Source of the DNA: an uncultured Pelagibacteraceae bacterium
Lineage (GTDB): Bacteria; Pseudomonadota; Alphaproteobacteria; Pelagibacterales; Pelagibacteraceae
Direction of reading: 5' to 3'
Length of the DNA: 60,877 nt
Assembly (NCBI GenBank): GCA_902603045.1
Contig: CACKTH010000001.1
Span: forward strand, 1-60,877
Part shown: positions 49,914 to 60,877 of the stretch, in pieces
Layout of the letters: every line of letters begins with the position of its first letter
How positions within the stretch are numbered: the stretch's first letter is position 1
Made by a program: the position numbers and the translations under genes
Notes under the pieces: model-generated
Databases searched by the model: none
What the model saw: only the letters and a program-made list of their open reading frames with translations
What the model was told of the DNA's origin: nothing

Positions 49914-52900
49914 TGTCCAACTATAGAATTCACAAAACTGAATATATTGATGAAACTAAGAGAGTTTCATTTAAATATGATGGTAAGACTTACTTTGGAT
50001 ATGAGGGTGATACCTTAGCATCCGCACTGTTGGCAAATGGTATTCATTTAGTCGGTAGAAGTTTTAAATATCACAGACCAAGAGGTATAGTTTCCTGTGG
50101 AGCAGAAGAACCTAATGCAATTTGTCAAATTGGTAGTAAAAAAGACTTAACTGAACCAAATGTAAGAGCAACCGAGTTAGAATTGTATGAAGGATTAGAA
50201 GCAAGTTCTCAAAATTGCTGGCCTAACGTAAAATTTGATATTGGGGGTATTAATAATTTTATATCACCGTTAATTCCTGCAGGCTTTTACTATAAAACAT
50301 TTATGTGGCCAAAGAGTTTTTGGAAAAAAGTATATGAACCATTAATACGATTATCTGCAGGTTTGGGAAAATCTCCTACAGAACCAGATCCTGATATCTA
50401 TGATCACAAACATGTTCATTACGATGTATTAATTATTGGTGGTGGAGTTTCAGGTATTATTGCCGCAAAAATGTCAGCAAAAAATAATTTAAAAACTTTA
50501 TTAGTAGATGACAAAAAAATACTAGGTGGTTCTACAATTTATCAAAATAATGAATCTATTAAGATTGATGATAAATTATCAAGCCAATGGTTAAAGAATG
50601 AAATTCAAGAAATTAAAAAATTAAGTAATTTAACAATTAAGACAAGGACAAGTATTGCAGCTTATCATGGATATAATTTTCTATTAGCTAAAGAAAATTT
50701 AACAGATCATTTGCCAGAGGAAAAAAAGAAAAATAATATTAGACAAAGATTATGGAAAATAAGAGCAAAAAAAGTTGTAATTGCAACTGGATCAATTGAA
50801 AGACCACTTGTATTCAATAATAATGATAGACCAGGAATATTATTATCTAATTCTATAAAAAAATATTTGGATTATTATGGCGTTACCTGTGGAGAAAATA
50901 TAATATTATTTACAAATAATGATAGTGCATACGAAACTTCAATTTCACTTCATAAAAAAGGTATAAAGAATATAATCATTGATTTAAGAAAATCTACTAG
51001 CTCTGAACTAATCAAACAAGCAGAAAGTCTAGGAATAAAGATCTACTTCAATCATGTTGTAACAAATACTTTTGGATACAGAAAAATAAATTCATTAGAA
51101 ATCATGGAACTATCTGAAGATGGAAATACAACTGTAGGCAATAAAATTAAATTAAGTTGCGACTGTTTAGGTATGAGTGGTGGATGGACACCTATGGTGC
51201 ATATGCATACTCAATCTGGAGGTAAATTAGATTTTAGAGATGATGATCAAGTATTCCTACCAAAAGAAAATAGTGAAGATCAAATTTCTGTTGGTTCATG
51301 CAATGGAGATTTTGATTTAGAAAATATTATAGATAAAACAGTTAATAAAATTAATAAATTCTTAGATATAGATAATCAAGATTACCAGGATACAAATATA
51401 CTTTGCTCCAAAGAGAAAGATAAAAGAAATATATGGCTCTTACCAAATAAAATACCTTTAGGTAAAACAAAATGTTTTATAGATTTTCAAAATGATTCAA
51501 CTGCAAAAGATATTAAATTAGCCTTAAAAGAAGGCTTTAGATCAATTGAACATGTAAAAAGATATACAACTACTGGTATGGCAACAGATCAAGGAAAATT
51601 ATCTAATATGCACGCACTTGGGATTATAGCTGACACTGCTAGTGTAAAAATGGGTACATTAGGAACAACTACATTTAGACCTCCATTCACACCACTAACC
51701 TTCGGAACACTAGTTGGAAGAAATGTTGGAAAATTTTTTGAAGTAGTAAGAAAAACATCTATGCATGAGTGGCATGTAGAAAATAATGCAGAATTTGAAA
51801 ATGTTGGTCAGTGGAAAAGACCCTGGTACTATCCAAAAAATGCAGAAAATATGCATGATGCTGTTCAAAGAGAAAGTAAAGCCGCACGTGATAGCGCGGG
51901 TATCTTAGATGCATCAACACTCGGAAAAATTGATATCCAAGGATCAGATGCATCAGAATTTTTAAATCGAGTTTACACAAATGCTTGGTCAAAACTTGCA
52001 ATCGGAAAATGTAGATATGGAATTATGCTAAATGAGGATGGTATGGTTTATGATGACGGTGTTACAACAAGAATATCCGAAAATCATTATTTAATGACAA
52101 CCACTACTGGGGGAGCTGCAAATGTATTGAGTAAACTTGAAGATTATTTACAAACAGAGTGGCCAGAATTAGATGTTTATTTAACTTCAGTAACAGATCA
52201 TTATTCTACAGCAAGTATTTGTGGCCCAAATTCAAAAAAAATTCTTAACAAACTTTTTCCAACCTTAGATTTAAGTGATGAAAACTTTCCTCATATGTCA
52301 TTTAAAGAAGTTAAACTAGAAAATATAAATTGTAGAATAATGAGAATAAGTTTTACGGGTGAACAGAGCTATGAAATTAACATAGAGTCAAAATATGGAC
52401 ATGCATTATGGAAAATGTGTATAGAAGCTGGGAAAGAGTTTAATTTGACACCTTATGGTACCGAAACAATGCACCTACTCAGAGCTGAAAAAGGTTTTAT
52501 TATTGTAGGACAAGATACAGATGGCACAATGACTCCCTCAGACCTACAGATGGATTGGATTGTAAGTAAAAAGAAATTTGATTTTATTGGTAAAAGATCA
52601 TTATATAGAAGTGATACTGTTAGAGAAGATAGAAAGCAACTGGTAGGACTACTAACAGATGATCCAAAAGAAATTTTGGAAGAAGGTGCCCAAATAGTTT
52701 CAGATATTAAATCAAAGCCTATAGATATGCTAGGACATGTAACCTCCAGCTATTTTAGTCCAAACCTAAATAAATCAATTGCTTTGGCTGTAGTTAGGAG
52801 TGGAAAAACAATGAAAGGTCAAAAGTTAATTATTCCGATGGAAAATAAAAATATTAATGTGACTGTTTCTGACACAATTTTTTTTGATAAGGAGAATAAA

Positions 52901-52915
52901 AGACTAAATGCTTGA
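49913..52915 (+). CDS. soxA: Sarcosine oxidase alpha subunit
   Basis: GDTLASALLANG, RSFKYHRPRG, KRYTT.GMA.DQGK, GcvT-like C-terminus. Confidence 0.95.
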   Translation: MSNYRIHKTEYIDETKRVSFKYDGKTYFGYEGDTLASALLANGIHLVGRSFKYHRPRGIVSCGAEEPNAICQIGSKKDLTEPNVRATELELYEGLEASSQNCWPNVKFDIGGINNFISPLIPAGFYYKTFMWPKSFWKKVYEPLIRLSAGLGKSPTEPDPDIYDHKHVHYDVLIIGGGVSGIIAAKMSAKNNLKTLLVDDKKILGGSTIYQNNESIKIDDKLSSQWLKNEIQEIKKLSNLTIKTRTSIAAYHGYNFLLAKENLTDHLPEEKKKNNIRQRLWKIRAKKVVIATGSIERPLVFNNNDRPGILLSNSIKKYLDYYGVTCGENIILFTNNDSAYETSISLHKKGIKNIIIDLRKSTSSELIKQAESLGIKIYFNHVVTNTFGYRKINSLEIMELSEDGNTTVGNKIKLSCDCLGMSGGWTPMVHMHTQSGGKLDFRDDDQVFLPKENSEDQISVGSCNGDFDLENIIDKTVNKINKFLDIDNQDYQDTNILCSKEKDKRNIWLLPNKIPLGKTKCFIDFQNDSTAKDIKLALKEGFRSIEHVKRYTTTGMATDQGKLSNMHALGIIADTASVKMGTLGTTTFRPPFTPLTFGTLVGRNVGKFFEVVRKTSMHEWHVENNAEFENVGQWKRPWYYPKNAENMHDAVQRESKAARDSAGILDASTLGKIDIQGSDASEFLNRVYTNAWSKLAIGKCRYGIMLNEDGMVYDDGVTTRISENHYLMTTTTGGAANVLSKLEDYLQTEWPELDVYLTSVTDHYSTASICGPNSKKILNKLFPTLDLSDENFPHMSFKEVKLENINCRIMRISFTGEQSYEINIESKYGHALWKMCIEAGKEFNLTPYGTETMHLLRAEKGFIIVGQDTDGTMTPSDLQMDWIVSKKKFDFIGKRSLYRSDTVREDRKQLVGLLTDDPKEILEEGAQIVSDIKSKPIDMLGHVTSSYFSPNLNKSIALAVVRSGKTMKGQKLIIPMENKNINVTVSDTIFFDKENKRLNA

Positions 52916-53456
52916 AATCTTACATCCAAATATTTCAAATAATAATAAAAATAACATCGATATTAATTTATCTGAAGAAAAAATTAAAATTAATATCAGG
53001 GGAAAAAATAAAGAATTTTTTACCAAAGTAGGTAAAATTCTCTCAATTATTTTACCTTCTGAGTCAAATACCAGTTCATCAAATGAAAACTATGATGTTT
53101 TGTGGCTAAGTCCAGATGAATGGATGATTTATTTTGATGAAAATAAAAATATAAAAATTTTTGATCAACTTTATAAAGATATTTCGTCTTTAAATTTTGG
53201 ATCAATTACTGATATCTCCTCACAATTAATTTGCATAAATATAAAAGGAGAAAATATATTTGAATTATTATCATCTGGATCACCTTTTAATTTCGAAAAA
53301 TTTAAAAATAATGTTGGTTCATCAACACAAACAATAGTAAATCATATTGATGTAATTCTTCACCACAAATCAAAGAATGATGTTAATTTATTTGTAAGAA
53401 GATCGTTTTCAGAACACCTTTATGAATGGTTAGTTGATAGCTCTAATTTTGTCTAA
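52908..53456 (+). CDS. soxG: Sarcosine oxidase gamma subunit
   Basis: WLSPDEW, VRRSFS..L..WL; operon position. Confidence 0.88.
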   Translation: MLEILHPNISNNNKNNIDINLSEEKIKINIRGKNKEFFTKVGKILSIILPSESNTSSSNENYDVLWLSPDEWMIYFDENKNIKIFDQLYKDISSLNFGSITDISSQLICINIKGENIFELLSSGSPFNFEKFKNNVGSSTQTIVNHIDVILHHKSKNDVNLFVRRSFSEHLYEWLVDSSNFV

Positions 53457-54779
53457 TTTATAATTCAAATAAAAATAAGTATAACCAAGATACATCAAGG
53501 AGAAAATCCAATTGAATATTACCCATAACCAAAAAAATTCAGAAAAGTCAGAGTTAAAATAAATTGCAGTATAAAATACGACAAATGGAAAAATTCCATT
53601 TCGGCAAATATTAGCAATTAATGCGTTTTCAGCTTTTTTTAAAGCCATAAAAAAACCATTTGATAAAAAAAATATTGGATAAGCTGGCAGCACAAACGCT
53701 GAAATCTCTAAATATAATTTTCCAAACTCAACGACCTCTAAATCTTTTGAAAATAATTTTGTTATCATTTCAGCACCAAAATAAATAATAAAAGAAGAAA
53801 TAATCATTATAATGAAAGCATATTTTATAGCTTGGAAGTACGTTTCTTTAATTCTTAAAATATTTCGTGCACCAAAATTTTGAGCAATAATTGTAATAAT
53901 TGCTGTATTTATTCCCAAGATTGGTAATAAAACCACTTGTTCTATTTTGGTACCAGCCCCATAACCAGCTGCTGCATATTCTCCTGATAAACCTGCATAT
54001 TTGAATACAATAGCAGAAGCGATTGAATAACCACAAATTGAAATTATTATTGGCATAGATTGAAAAAAAATATTTTTTAAAAAAAAAAATTTAGGAATAA
54101 AATAAGAAATAAGTATGTTTTTAAATAAATTACTTTTTAAAACTTTTATAAATATAATTAAAAAAGCGACTGATTGAGCAATTAAAGTTGCGATCGCAAT
54201 ACCCTTCATACCCAAAGCTGGTATGAAATAAAATCCAAATATTAAAATTGGATTTAACAATATGTTTAAAAAAAAAGATAATATTAAAGCATTTCTATAA
54301 GTTTTCGTATCGCCTTCTGCATGAAGTAATGAATTTAATGCAACAACTAAAATAAAAATAAACGAGCCAAGGAAAATGATATCTGTATATTGTAAGCCAA
54401 GATTTATTACCTCGTTAGTTGAACCCATAATTGAAAAAAGTTCTGATGCATAATTTAATCCAATAAAAGTAATCAACAGAATTATCAAAAAAGAAAAGAA
54501 AATTAATTGGCAGAAATAAATTGAAGCATTTTTATTATTTTTTTCTCCAATGCTATTACCTATCAGTGATGTACCTGCAACTGTGATGCCAATAGATGAG
54601 GCAATAATAATAAAATAAATTGGAAAAGATTTTGTTAAAGCTGACAAAGCTTCAGGTGATATTTTTCCTGCAAAATATGTATCAGCAATATTATATAATG
54701 TTTGAAAAAGTGTTCCTACCGATGCAGGTATTGCTAATTTTTTAATTAATTCTTTGATGTCATCACTTAATATATTCAT
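53430..54779 (-). CDS. MATE family efflux transporter
   Basis: LAIP, LYNIADTYF.G, GDTKT, NILLNPILIFG, QNFGA. Confidence 0.92.
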   Translation of the reverse strand: MNILSDDIKELIKKLAIPASVGTLFQTLYNIADTYFAGKISPEALSALTKSFPIYFIIIASSIGITVAGTSLIGNSIGEKNNKNASIYFCQLIFFSFLIILLITFIGLNYASELFSIMGSTNEVINLGLQYTDIIFLGSFIFILVVALNSLLHAEGDTKTYRNALILSFFLNILLNPILIFGFYFIPALGMKGIAIATLIAQSVAFLIIFIKVLKSNLFKNILISYFIPKFFFLKNIFFQSMPIIISICGYSIASAIVFKYAGLSGEYAAAGYGAGTKIEQVVLLPILGINTAIITIIAQNFGARNILRIKETYFQAIKYAFIIMIISSFIIYFGAEMITKLFSKDLEVVEFGKLYLEISAFVLPAYPIFFLSNGFFMALKKAENALIANICRNGIFPFVVFYTAIYFNSDFSEFFWLWVIFNWIFSLMYLGYTYFYLNYKLDKIRAIN

Positions 54780-54783
54780 GATA

Positions 54784-55656
54784 TTATTTATTTGAATTTA
54801 TCATTTGATTGTGCCTCATTGTGAAACGTTTTATTTGATCATTTGTCAATTTATCAAAACAATTTGGACATGATAGGCCTACTTTATACTTTTTTGATTT
54901 GGTTAGTTTTTTATGCAATGGCATTCTACAACCACCACAAACAGTATAATTTCCAATTTCTAGGTTTTTTTTAATAGTAACTCTTTTATCAAAAACAAAA
55001 CATTCGCCATTCCACTTACTTTTTTTTGGATCAGTTTTGTTAAGATAATTTAAGATACCACCCTTAAGCATATAAACATTTTTAAAACCTTTATTATTAA
55101 GATAATTAGACGCTTTTTCACACCTGATACCACCGGTACAAAACATCCCTATTGATTGATCTTTATTAAATTTTGATAAATAATTTTTAAAATCTCTAAA
55201 ATTTTTAGTTTCTGGATTAAGAGCATTTTTAAATGTACCAATCTTATATTCAAAAGGTTTTCTGGCATCAATAAGTTTAATATTTTTTTTTGATATAAAT
55301 TCGTCCCATTTTTTAGGTGATAAATATTTTTTATTAAAAAAATTTTTAAAATTAATTTTTTCATTAATTGGAACAACTTCATCTTTTATTTTAACTTTAT
55401 TTTTTGAGTATGGTAATATCTTTGAGTTAATTTTATTTTGAACATCAAATCTATCAATTGATAAGATATTTTTTATTTTTATAATTGTAAGTTTAATTTT
55501 TTTATGATTACCTGATATTGTGCCATTAATTCCTTCGGGAGATAATATTATATGACCTTTAATATCAAGTTTGTTAGTTTCTTTTAAAATATTTTTTTTA
55601 ATAATTTTTAATTTATTAAGTTTTGATATTTTATAAAAAGATAAGATTTCAAACAT
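54784..55656 (-). CDS. trhO: Rhodanese-domain tRNA uridine(34) hydroxylase family (TrhO/YceA)
   Basis: EGINGTI, K.K.EVV, CTGGIRCEKA, GECFVFD.R; ATG 55656. Confidence 0.85.
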   Translation of the reverse strand: MFEILSFYKISKLNKLKIIKKNILKETNKLDIKGHIILSPEGINGTISGNHKKIKLTIIKIKNILSIDRFDVQNKINSKILPYSKNKVKIKDEVVPINEKINFKNFFNKKYLSPKKWDEFISKKNIKLIDARKPFEYKIGTFKNALNPETKNFRDFKNYLSKFNKDQSIGMFCTGGIRCEKASNYLNNKGFKNVYMLKGGILNYLNKTDPKKSKWNGECFVFDKRVTIKKNLEIGNYTVCGGCRMPLHKKLTKSKKYKVGLSCPNCFDKLTNDQIKRFTMRHNQMINSNK

Positions 55657-55658
55657 AA

Positions 55659-56306
55659 TTACCAACAAACTGTAAAACCATCACCAATTGGTAAAATATA
55701 CTTATTAATAGGTGATTTTTTTATGTATTTATTAAATTCTCTTAATTTTATAGTTAATTTGTCTTTTATCTTTGGATTTGCAACATCTCCTTTCCAAAGT
55801 GTATTATCAATTAAAATTATACCCTTTTTGCTTTTTAATTTAAGAGACTGATTAAAATAATTTATATAATTTTCTTTATCTGCATCAATTAATATCACAT
55901 CATATTTTTTCTTTTTCTTAATTAAATTTTCAAGAGCAATTTTTCCATTTTCACAAAGAAGATTTATTTTTTTTTCTTGCTTTGCTTCTTTAAAAAACTT
56001 AATTGCCTCATTGTTAGTTTTTAAATTTTTATCTATGCCAATTAATTTACAATTATTAGGTAAAGCAAGTGCAGCAGATAAAATACTGTAACCTGTAAAA
56101 GTGCCAATTTCTAAATATGATTTATAGTTATTAATTTTTATGATAAATTGTATAAAGTTAGCTTGTAGAATTGAAATTTGTAATTTTTTAATATGACCAA
56201 GTTTTTCGTTATATTTTAATAATTTTTTTTGTACTTTGTGAAGATTATTTGTATGTGAAAAAATATAATTGATCATATTTTGATCAATTATGAAATTTTT
56301 ATCCAT
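55659..56306 (-). CDS. O-methyltransferase (CCoAOMT/MdmC-like)
   Basis: [29 protein letters not shown]. Confidence 0.9.
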   Translation of the reverse strand: MDKNFIIDQNMINYIFSHTNNLHKVQKKLLKYNEKLGHIKKLQISILQANFIQFIIKINNYKSYLEIGTFTGYSILSAALALPNNCKLIGIDKNLKTNNEAIKFFKEAKQEKKINLLCENGKIALENLIKKKKKYDVILIDADKENYINYFNQSLKLKSKKGIILIDNTLWKGDVANPKIKDKLTIKLREFNKYIKKSPINKYILPIGDGFTVCW

Positions 56307-57765
56307 TCAACTTTTCTTTTAATATTTTGTTTATTAATTGAGGATTGCCTTTTCCTTTACTTTCTTTCATGGCTTGACCAACAAAAAAACCAAATAATTT
56401 ATCTTTACCAGATTTATATTCAGCGACCTTATCTGAATTATTTTCAATAACTTTATCTATCAATTCCTCTATCGCTTTTGGATCACTTTCTTGTTTTAAA
56501 CCTTTTTCTTTTACTATTATTAATGGATCTTGATCTCCATCTATCATTTGTTCAAAAACCGTTTTAGCTATTTTTCCTGATATGGTTCCATCTTTTATAA
56601 TGTTAATAAGTTTTGATAGATTTTTAGTACTAACTGGGCTTTGAGATATTTCTAAATTTTTTTCATTTAAAACTGCGAATAATTCACCTGTAATCCAGTT
56701 TGTTGCTAATTTAACATCTGAATTTTTTATAACTTCTTCAAAGAAATTTGATGTTTCAATGTCAGATACCAAAATTGTTGCTTCATATGGTGAAAGATTA
56801 AATTTATCTATAAATCTTTTTTTCTTTTCATCTGGTAATTCAGGTATATCTGATTTTATTTTTTCAATTAACTCTTGGCTTATTTCAAGCGGTAATAGAT
56901 CTGGGTCAGGAAAATATCTGTAATCATGCGCGTCTTCTTTTGATCTCATAGATCTTGTCTCATTTCTTTTAGTGTCAAAAAGTCTTGTCTCTTGATCTAT
57001 TTCTTTCCCCTCCTCTAACAAATCTATTTGTCTATTTGCTTCGGATATTATTGCCATTTGCATAAATTTTATTGAATTAACATTTTTAATTTCACATCTG
57101 GTGCCGAATTCAGTCTCCCCTTTTAATCTTACTGATACATTAACATCTGCCCTCAAAGAGCCTTCTTGCATATTGCCATCACATGTTCCTAAATATCTCA
57201 TTATCGATCTTAATTTTTTTATATAAACGTTGACTTCATCTGGAGATCTTAAATCAGGCTTACTTACTATTTCCATTAAAGCCACTCCAGATCTATTTAA
57301 ATCGACTAATGTATTATTTGGATCAATATCATGAATACTTTTACCTGCATCTTGCTCTAAGTGTAATCTTTCAATTCCAATTTCTTTTTGACCATTCGGC
57401 ATATCCAAAATTACTTTTCCTTCACCAACAATTGGATATTTGTATTGAGAGATTTGATATCCTTGGGGTAAATCTGCATAAAAATAATTTTTTCTATCAA
57501 AGACAGATTTTTTATTTATTTTGGCTTTAAGTCCTATTCCAGTTTTAATTGCTTGTTCAATACAAAATTCATTAATAACTGGTAACATTCCTGGAAATGC
57601 TGCATCTACGAGACTAACTTGTGTGTTTGGTTCTGCACCAAATTTTGTTGATGATTGAGAGAAAAGTTTTGACTCTGAAGTAACTTGAGCGTGCACTTCT
57701 AAACCAATTATCACTTCATATTGTTTATTTTCTCTTTCAATAAGATATTCACTATTTTTACTCAC
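56299..57765 (-). CDS. gatB: Asp/Glu-tRNA amidotransferase subunit B
   Basis: [39 protein letters not shown]. Confidence 0.97.
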   Translation of the reverse strand: MSKNSEYLIERENKQYEVIIGLEVHAQVTSESKLFSQSSTKFGAEPNTQVSLVDAAFPGMLPVINEFCIEQAIKTGIGLKAKINKKSVFDRKNYFYADLPQGYQISQYKYPIVGEGKVILDMPNGQKEIGIERLHLEQDAGKSIHDIDPNNTLVDLNRSGVALMEIVSKPDLRSPDEVNVYIKKLRSIMRYLGTCDGNMQEGSLRADVNVSVRLKGETEFGTRCEIKNVNSIKFMQMAIISEANRQIDLLEEGKEIDQETRLFDTKRNETRSMRSKEDAHDYRYFPDPDLLPLEISQELIEKIKSDIPELPDEKKKRFIDKFNLSPYEATILVSDIETSNFFEEVIKNSDVKLATNWITGELFAVLNEKNLEISQSPVSTKNLSKLINIIKDGTISGKIAKTVFEQMIDGDQDPLIIVKEKGLKQESDPKAIEELIDKVIENNSDKVAEYKSGKDKLFGFFVGQAMKESKGKGNPQLINKILKEKLNG

Positions 57766-59218
57766 TTAACCACCAGTCTGAAATATCATTTTTAAAATTA
57801 ATCTTATCTTCTAATGCATAAGAAATATTAAGTATATTTTGCTCATCAAAAGGTTTTCCAATTACTTGAAGGCCTAAAGGATAATTATTTTTATCTTTAC
57901 CAGCTGGTATAGAAATACCTGGTAAGCCTGCTAGATTTATTGGAACTGTAAATATATCATTTAAATACATTGATACTGGATCATTTGTTTTTTCACCAAT
58001 TTTAAATGCTGAGCTTGGAGTAGATGGAGTTAAAATTGCATCAACTTTAGAAAAGGCATCATCAAAATCTTTTTTTATTAATTGTCTTACTTTCTGCGCT
58101 TTTAGATAATACGCATCATAGTAACCAGAAGATAAAACATAAGTTCCAATCATAATTCTTCTTTTAACTTCATCACCAAAACCTTCAGATCTAGTTTTTT
58201 CGTACATTTCTATTAAATTTTGACCAGGTGATCTAAATCCATATTTAACACCATCATATCTAGCTAGATTCGAAGATGCTTCAGCTGGTGCAACAATATA
58301 ATAAGTTGGTAATGCGTAATTAGTATGTGGAAGCGAAATATCGATAATTTCTGCTCCGCAATCTTTTGCATATAAGATACCATTTTTCCATAGCTGCTCA
58401 ATTTCGTCAGGCATATTGTCAACTCTATATTCTTTGGGAATACCAATTTTCTTTCCTTTAATATCTTTTGATAATTCTTTTGAATAATAATTTCTTTTGT
58501 AATCAATTGAAGTTGAGTCTTTTTGATCAAATGAAGAGATCACCTCTAAAAGCATAGAACAGTCTCTTACATTTTTCGTCATAGGTCCTGCTTGGTCTAA
58601 AGATGAGGCAAATGCTACAATTCCATAACGAGAACAACTTCCATATGTAGGTTTAAGTCCAACAGTTCCTGTAAATGATGCTGGTTGACGAATGGATCCA
58701 CCTGTATCTGTTCCAATGGTAACTGGAGTTAAATTTGCAGCAACAGCTGCTGAAGAACCTCCTGAAGATCCACCAGGGACTAAATTTTCTCCTACCGGAT
58801 TTTGAACATTTCCAAAAAAACTAGTTTCATTTGAAGAGCCCATAGCAAATTCATCACAATTAAGTTTACCAAGAAGTATTGCTCCTTGACTCCACAAATT
58901 TTGAGTAACTGTAGACTCATATGTGGGAACGAAGTTATTTAATATTTTGCTACCAGCTGTTGTTCTAACTCCATTTGTACAAAATAAATCTTTTACAGCA
59001 ATGGGAATACCTGGTAGTTTTAAATCAAAGTTAGGATTAGAATCAAATTTCTTTGATTGATCTATTGCTTTTTCAAAATTATCCGTAACATAAACATTTA
59101 ATTTTTTTGAATTTTTAGCACGGTCTATAAATGCTTTTGTAATTTCCTCTGAAGATAGTTTTTTTTCTTTTATATTCGATGTTAATTCGAATAAACTTTG
59201 ACTTGTTATATCTGACAT
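57758..59218 (-). CDS. gatA: Asp/Glu-tRNA amidotransferase subunit A
   Basis: [35 protein letters not shown]. Confidence 0.97.
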   Translation of the reverse strand: MSDITSQSLFELTSNIKEKKLSSEEITKAFIDRAKNSKKLNVYVTDNFEKAIDQSKKFDSNPNFDLKLPGIPIAVKDLFCTNGVRTTAGSKILNNFVPTYESTVTQNLWSQGAILLGKLNCDEFAMGSSNETSFFGNVQNPVGENLVPGGSSGGSSAAVAANLTPVTIGTDTGGSIRQPASFTGTVGLKPTYGSCSRYGIVAFASSLDQAGPMTKNVRDCSMLLEVISSFDQKDSTSIDYKRNYYSKELSKDIKGKKIGIPKEYRVDNMPDEIEQLWKNGILYAKDCGAEIIDISLPHTNYALPTYYIVAPAEASSNLARYDGVKYGFRSPGQNLIEMYEKTRSEGFGDEVKRRIMIGTYVLSSGYYDAYYLKAQKVRQLIKKDFDDAFSKVDAILTPSTPSSAFKIGEKTNDPVSMYLNDIFTVPINLAGLPGISIPAGKDKNNYPLGLQVIGKPFDEQNILNISYALEDKINFKNDISDWWLSE

Positions 59219-59505
59219 TATTCAACAACCTTTGGTACAACAAAAAAATCTTTATTTTCCTCAGGAGAGTTTTTTAAAATTTTTTCTCTAATATTTTCTG
59301 ATTTAATTTCATCTTTTCTAAATCTTAAGGTGGTTTTAGCAATTGATGTTAAGGCTTGAACATTATCAGTATTTAATTCATTTAATTTTTCTATAAATTC
59401 AAATATATTATTTAAGTCGCCCTTTAATTTATTAGCTTTTTCATCATCAATAGAAATTCTTGCTAATTTCGAAATGTGCTTTACTGTTTTAAGATCTATA
59501 CTCAT
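59218..59505 (-). CDS. gatC: Asp/Glu-tRNA amidotransferase subunit C
   Basis: [19 protein letters not shown]; true start ATG 59505. Confidence 0.93.
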   Translation of the reverse strand: MSIDLKTVKHISKLARISIDDEKANKLKGDLNNIFEFIEKLNELNTDNVQALTSIAKTTLRFRKDEIKSENIREKILKNSPEENKDFFVVPKVVE

Positions 59506-59554
59506 ATGGTAAAAATATTGCCGCAAACTATCACTTAAGTAAATAATATACAAT

Positions 59555-60010
59555 ATGATCACAATTGAGGAATTTAAAAAGAAACAGCTAAATACATCTA
59601 GATTAATTGGTCTTGATTTAGGTTCAAAGAGAATTGGTGTAGCTATATGTGATGAAAATCAAAAAATTGCCACACCGCTTAAAACAATAAACAAATCCAA
59701 ATTTGAAGATCTTATCAATGAATTAGAGGATATTATTAAAGAAAATAATATTAAAGGAATAATTATTGGCAATCCAATAAATATGGACGGAACCTTTGGT
59801 AAATCGTCTCAATCAGTCAATGATGTGTCAAAAGCAATATCAAAAGAAATTGATCTTCCAATAAGTCTTTGGGATGAAAGATTATCAACAGTTGGGGCTT
59901 TTAAATTAACTAAAAATTTAGGTATTAACGTATCTAAAAGAGAAAAAAATATAGATAAAAATGCTGCTGCATTTATCTTACAGGGTGCCATAGATTTTAT
60001 TAATAATTAA
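59555..60010 (+). CDS. ruvX: YqgF/RuvX pre-16S rRNA nuclease
   Basis: GLDLGSKRIGVA, G.P..MDG, DERLST, D..AA..ILQ. Confidence 0.93.
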   Translation: MITIEEFKKKQLNTSRLIGLDLGSKRIGVAICDENQKIATPLKTINKSKFEDLINELEDIIKENNIKGIIIGNPINMDGTFGKSSQSVNDVSKAISKEIDLPISLWDERLSTVGAFKLTKNLGINVSKREKNIDKNAAAFILQGAIDFINN

Positions 60011-60013
60011 TAC

Positions 60014-60042
60014 TTGCATTAATCAACCTTTGTGGCTATAGA
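60014..60042 (+). promoter_or_regulatory. Sigma70-type promoter of pyrB
   Basis: (C)TTGCAT, 17 bp, (C)TATAGA; matches the alphaproteobacterial CTTG..CTATA pattern. Confidence 0.55.
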
Positions 60043-60052
60043 GTTGGTTTTA

Positions 60053-60877
60053 ATGGCAACTAAAACCAAAGCTATTAAAATTTCTCAAAAACATCTCCTA
60101 GGTATTCAAGATTTATCAATAAATGATGTTAATTTAATCTTAAAAGAAGCTGAAAAATTTATTGAATTAAACAAAAGTAAAAATAAAAAATTAGATTTAC
60201 TTAAGGGAAAAACACAAATTAACCTTTTTTTCGAACCATCAACAAGAACACAAAGCTCATTTGAACTAGCAGGAAAAAGATTAGGTGCAGATGTTATGTC
60301 AATGAATATAACAAACTCAGCAATTAAAAAAGGTGAAACGCTAATAGACACTGCAATGACATTAAATGCAATGCATCCTGATATAATAGTTATTAGACAT
60401 CAAGATTCAGGAGCTTGTAATCTTTTATCTCAAAAAGTTAATTGTGCTGTTTTAAATGCTGGTGATGGAAGGAGAGAGCACCCTACCCAAGCATTACTTG
60501 ATGCATTAACTATATTGAATAGGAAAAAAAAAATTCAAGGATTAAAGGTTGCAATTTGTGGAGATATTCTACATTCAAGAGTAGCAAGATCTAATATTTA
60601 CTTACTAAACATGTTGGGTGCCGAAGTTAACATTGTAGCTCCTTCAAACCTTTTACCAAAAGATATAGAAAAATTTGGAGTTAATATTTTTTCAAATATG
60701 AAGAAAGGTGTAAAAGATTGCGACATAGTAATGATGCTTAGACTTCAAAATGAAAGAATGAGTAGTTCATTCCTGTCATCTAATAGAGAGTATTATGAAT
60801 ACTATGGACTAACACAGGATAAATTAGAATATGCAAAATCAGATTCAATTATTATGCATCCTGGTCCAATGAACCGC
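60053..60877 (+). CDS. pyrB: Aspartate carbamoyltransferase catalytic subunit, 3' truncated by the window edge
   Basis: Open from ATG 60053 to the window end; [38 protein letters not shown]. Confidence 0.96.
   Translation, partial: MATKTKAIKISQKHLLGIQDLSINDVNLILKEAEKFIELNKSKNKKLDLLKGKTQINLFFEPSTRTQSSFELAGKRLGADVMSMNITNSAIKKGETLIDTAMTLNAMHPDIIVIRHQDSGACNLLSQKVNCAVLNAGDGRREHPTQALLDALTILNRKKKIQGLKVAICGDILHSRVARSNIYLLNMLGAEVNIVAPSNLLPKDIEKFGVNIFSNMKKGVKDCDIVMMLRLQNERMSSSFLSSNREYYEYYGLTQDKLEYAKSDSIIMHPGPMNR

Noticed and set aside
48376-53456. sox genes as sulfur oxidation (Sox) system
   Set aside because: Motifs identify heterotetrameric sarcosine oxidase subunits; the overlap is in name only.
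54060-54090. Long A/T homopolymers as phase-variation tracts (also 14823-14833, 23558-23570, 24869-24880)
   Set aside because: Expected at this AT content; reading frames are intact.
768-60351. Short antisense or nested ORFs in the track (e.g. 768..1046, 10589..10831, 24470..24781, 26105..26707, 28165..28407, 29506..29784, 44891..45193, 60106..60351)
   Set aside because: They lie within well-supported genes, show shadow-frame composition and have no motifs.

Overview
AT-rich (roughly 25-30% GC), extremely gene-dense alphaproteobacterial chromosome segment. Gene content, gene order and the very short or overlapping intergenic spaces point to a streamlined Pelagibacterales (SAR11)-like genome; this is an inference. 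Most of the window is housekeeping: cell wall and replication (mltB, rlpA, dacA, tmk, holB, metG), nhaA, glpX, hom, argC, rplM-rpsI, metY, plsX-ihfA, hppA, the riboflavin operon, glyA, hemB, recO-rnc-lepB-acpS-pdxJ-pyrE-rel-folK-smpB-dapA, slt, soxBDAG, gatCAB and pyrB, plus three tRNAs (Pro-TGG, Glu-TTC, Ser-GCT). The unusual part is 12.9-15.2 kb. A lone Cre-like tyrosine recombinase has an imperfect 14-7-14 palindrome (core GATAA-N7-TTATC) directly in front of its start codon, overlapping its promoter. It sits where the gene-strand bias flips from + to -, so it is a candidate single-recombinase dif (chromosome dimer resolution) system at the replication terminus. Next to it are an unannotated 59-aa membrane microprotein, a ~190-nt GC-rich multi-hairpin RNA (GNRA loops, candidate kissing loops, intrinsic terminator 2 nt before an O6-methylguanine methyltransferase gene) and a ~530-bp very AT-rich gap. 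No CRISPR array, IS element, rRNA or prophage was seen.
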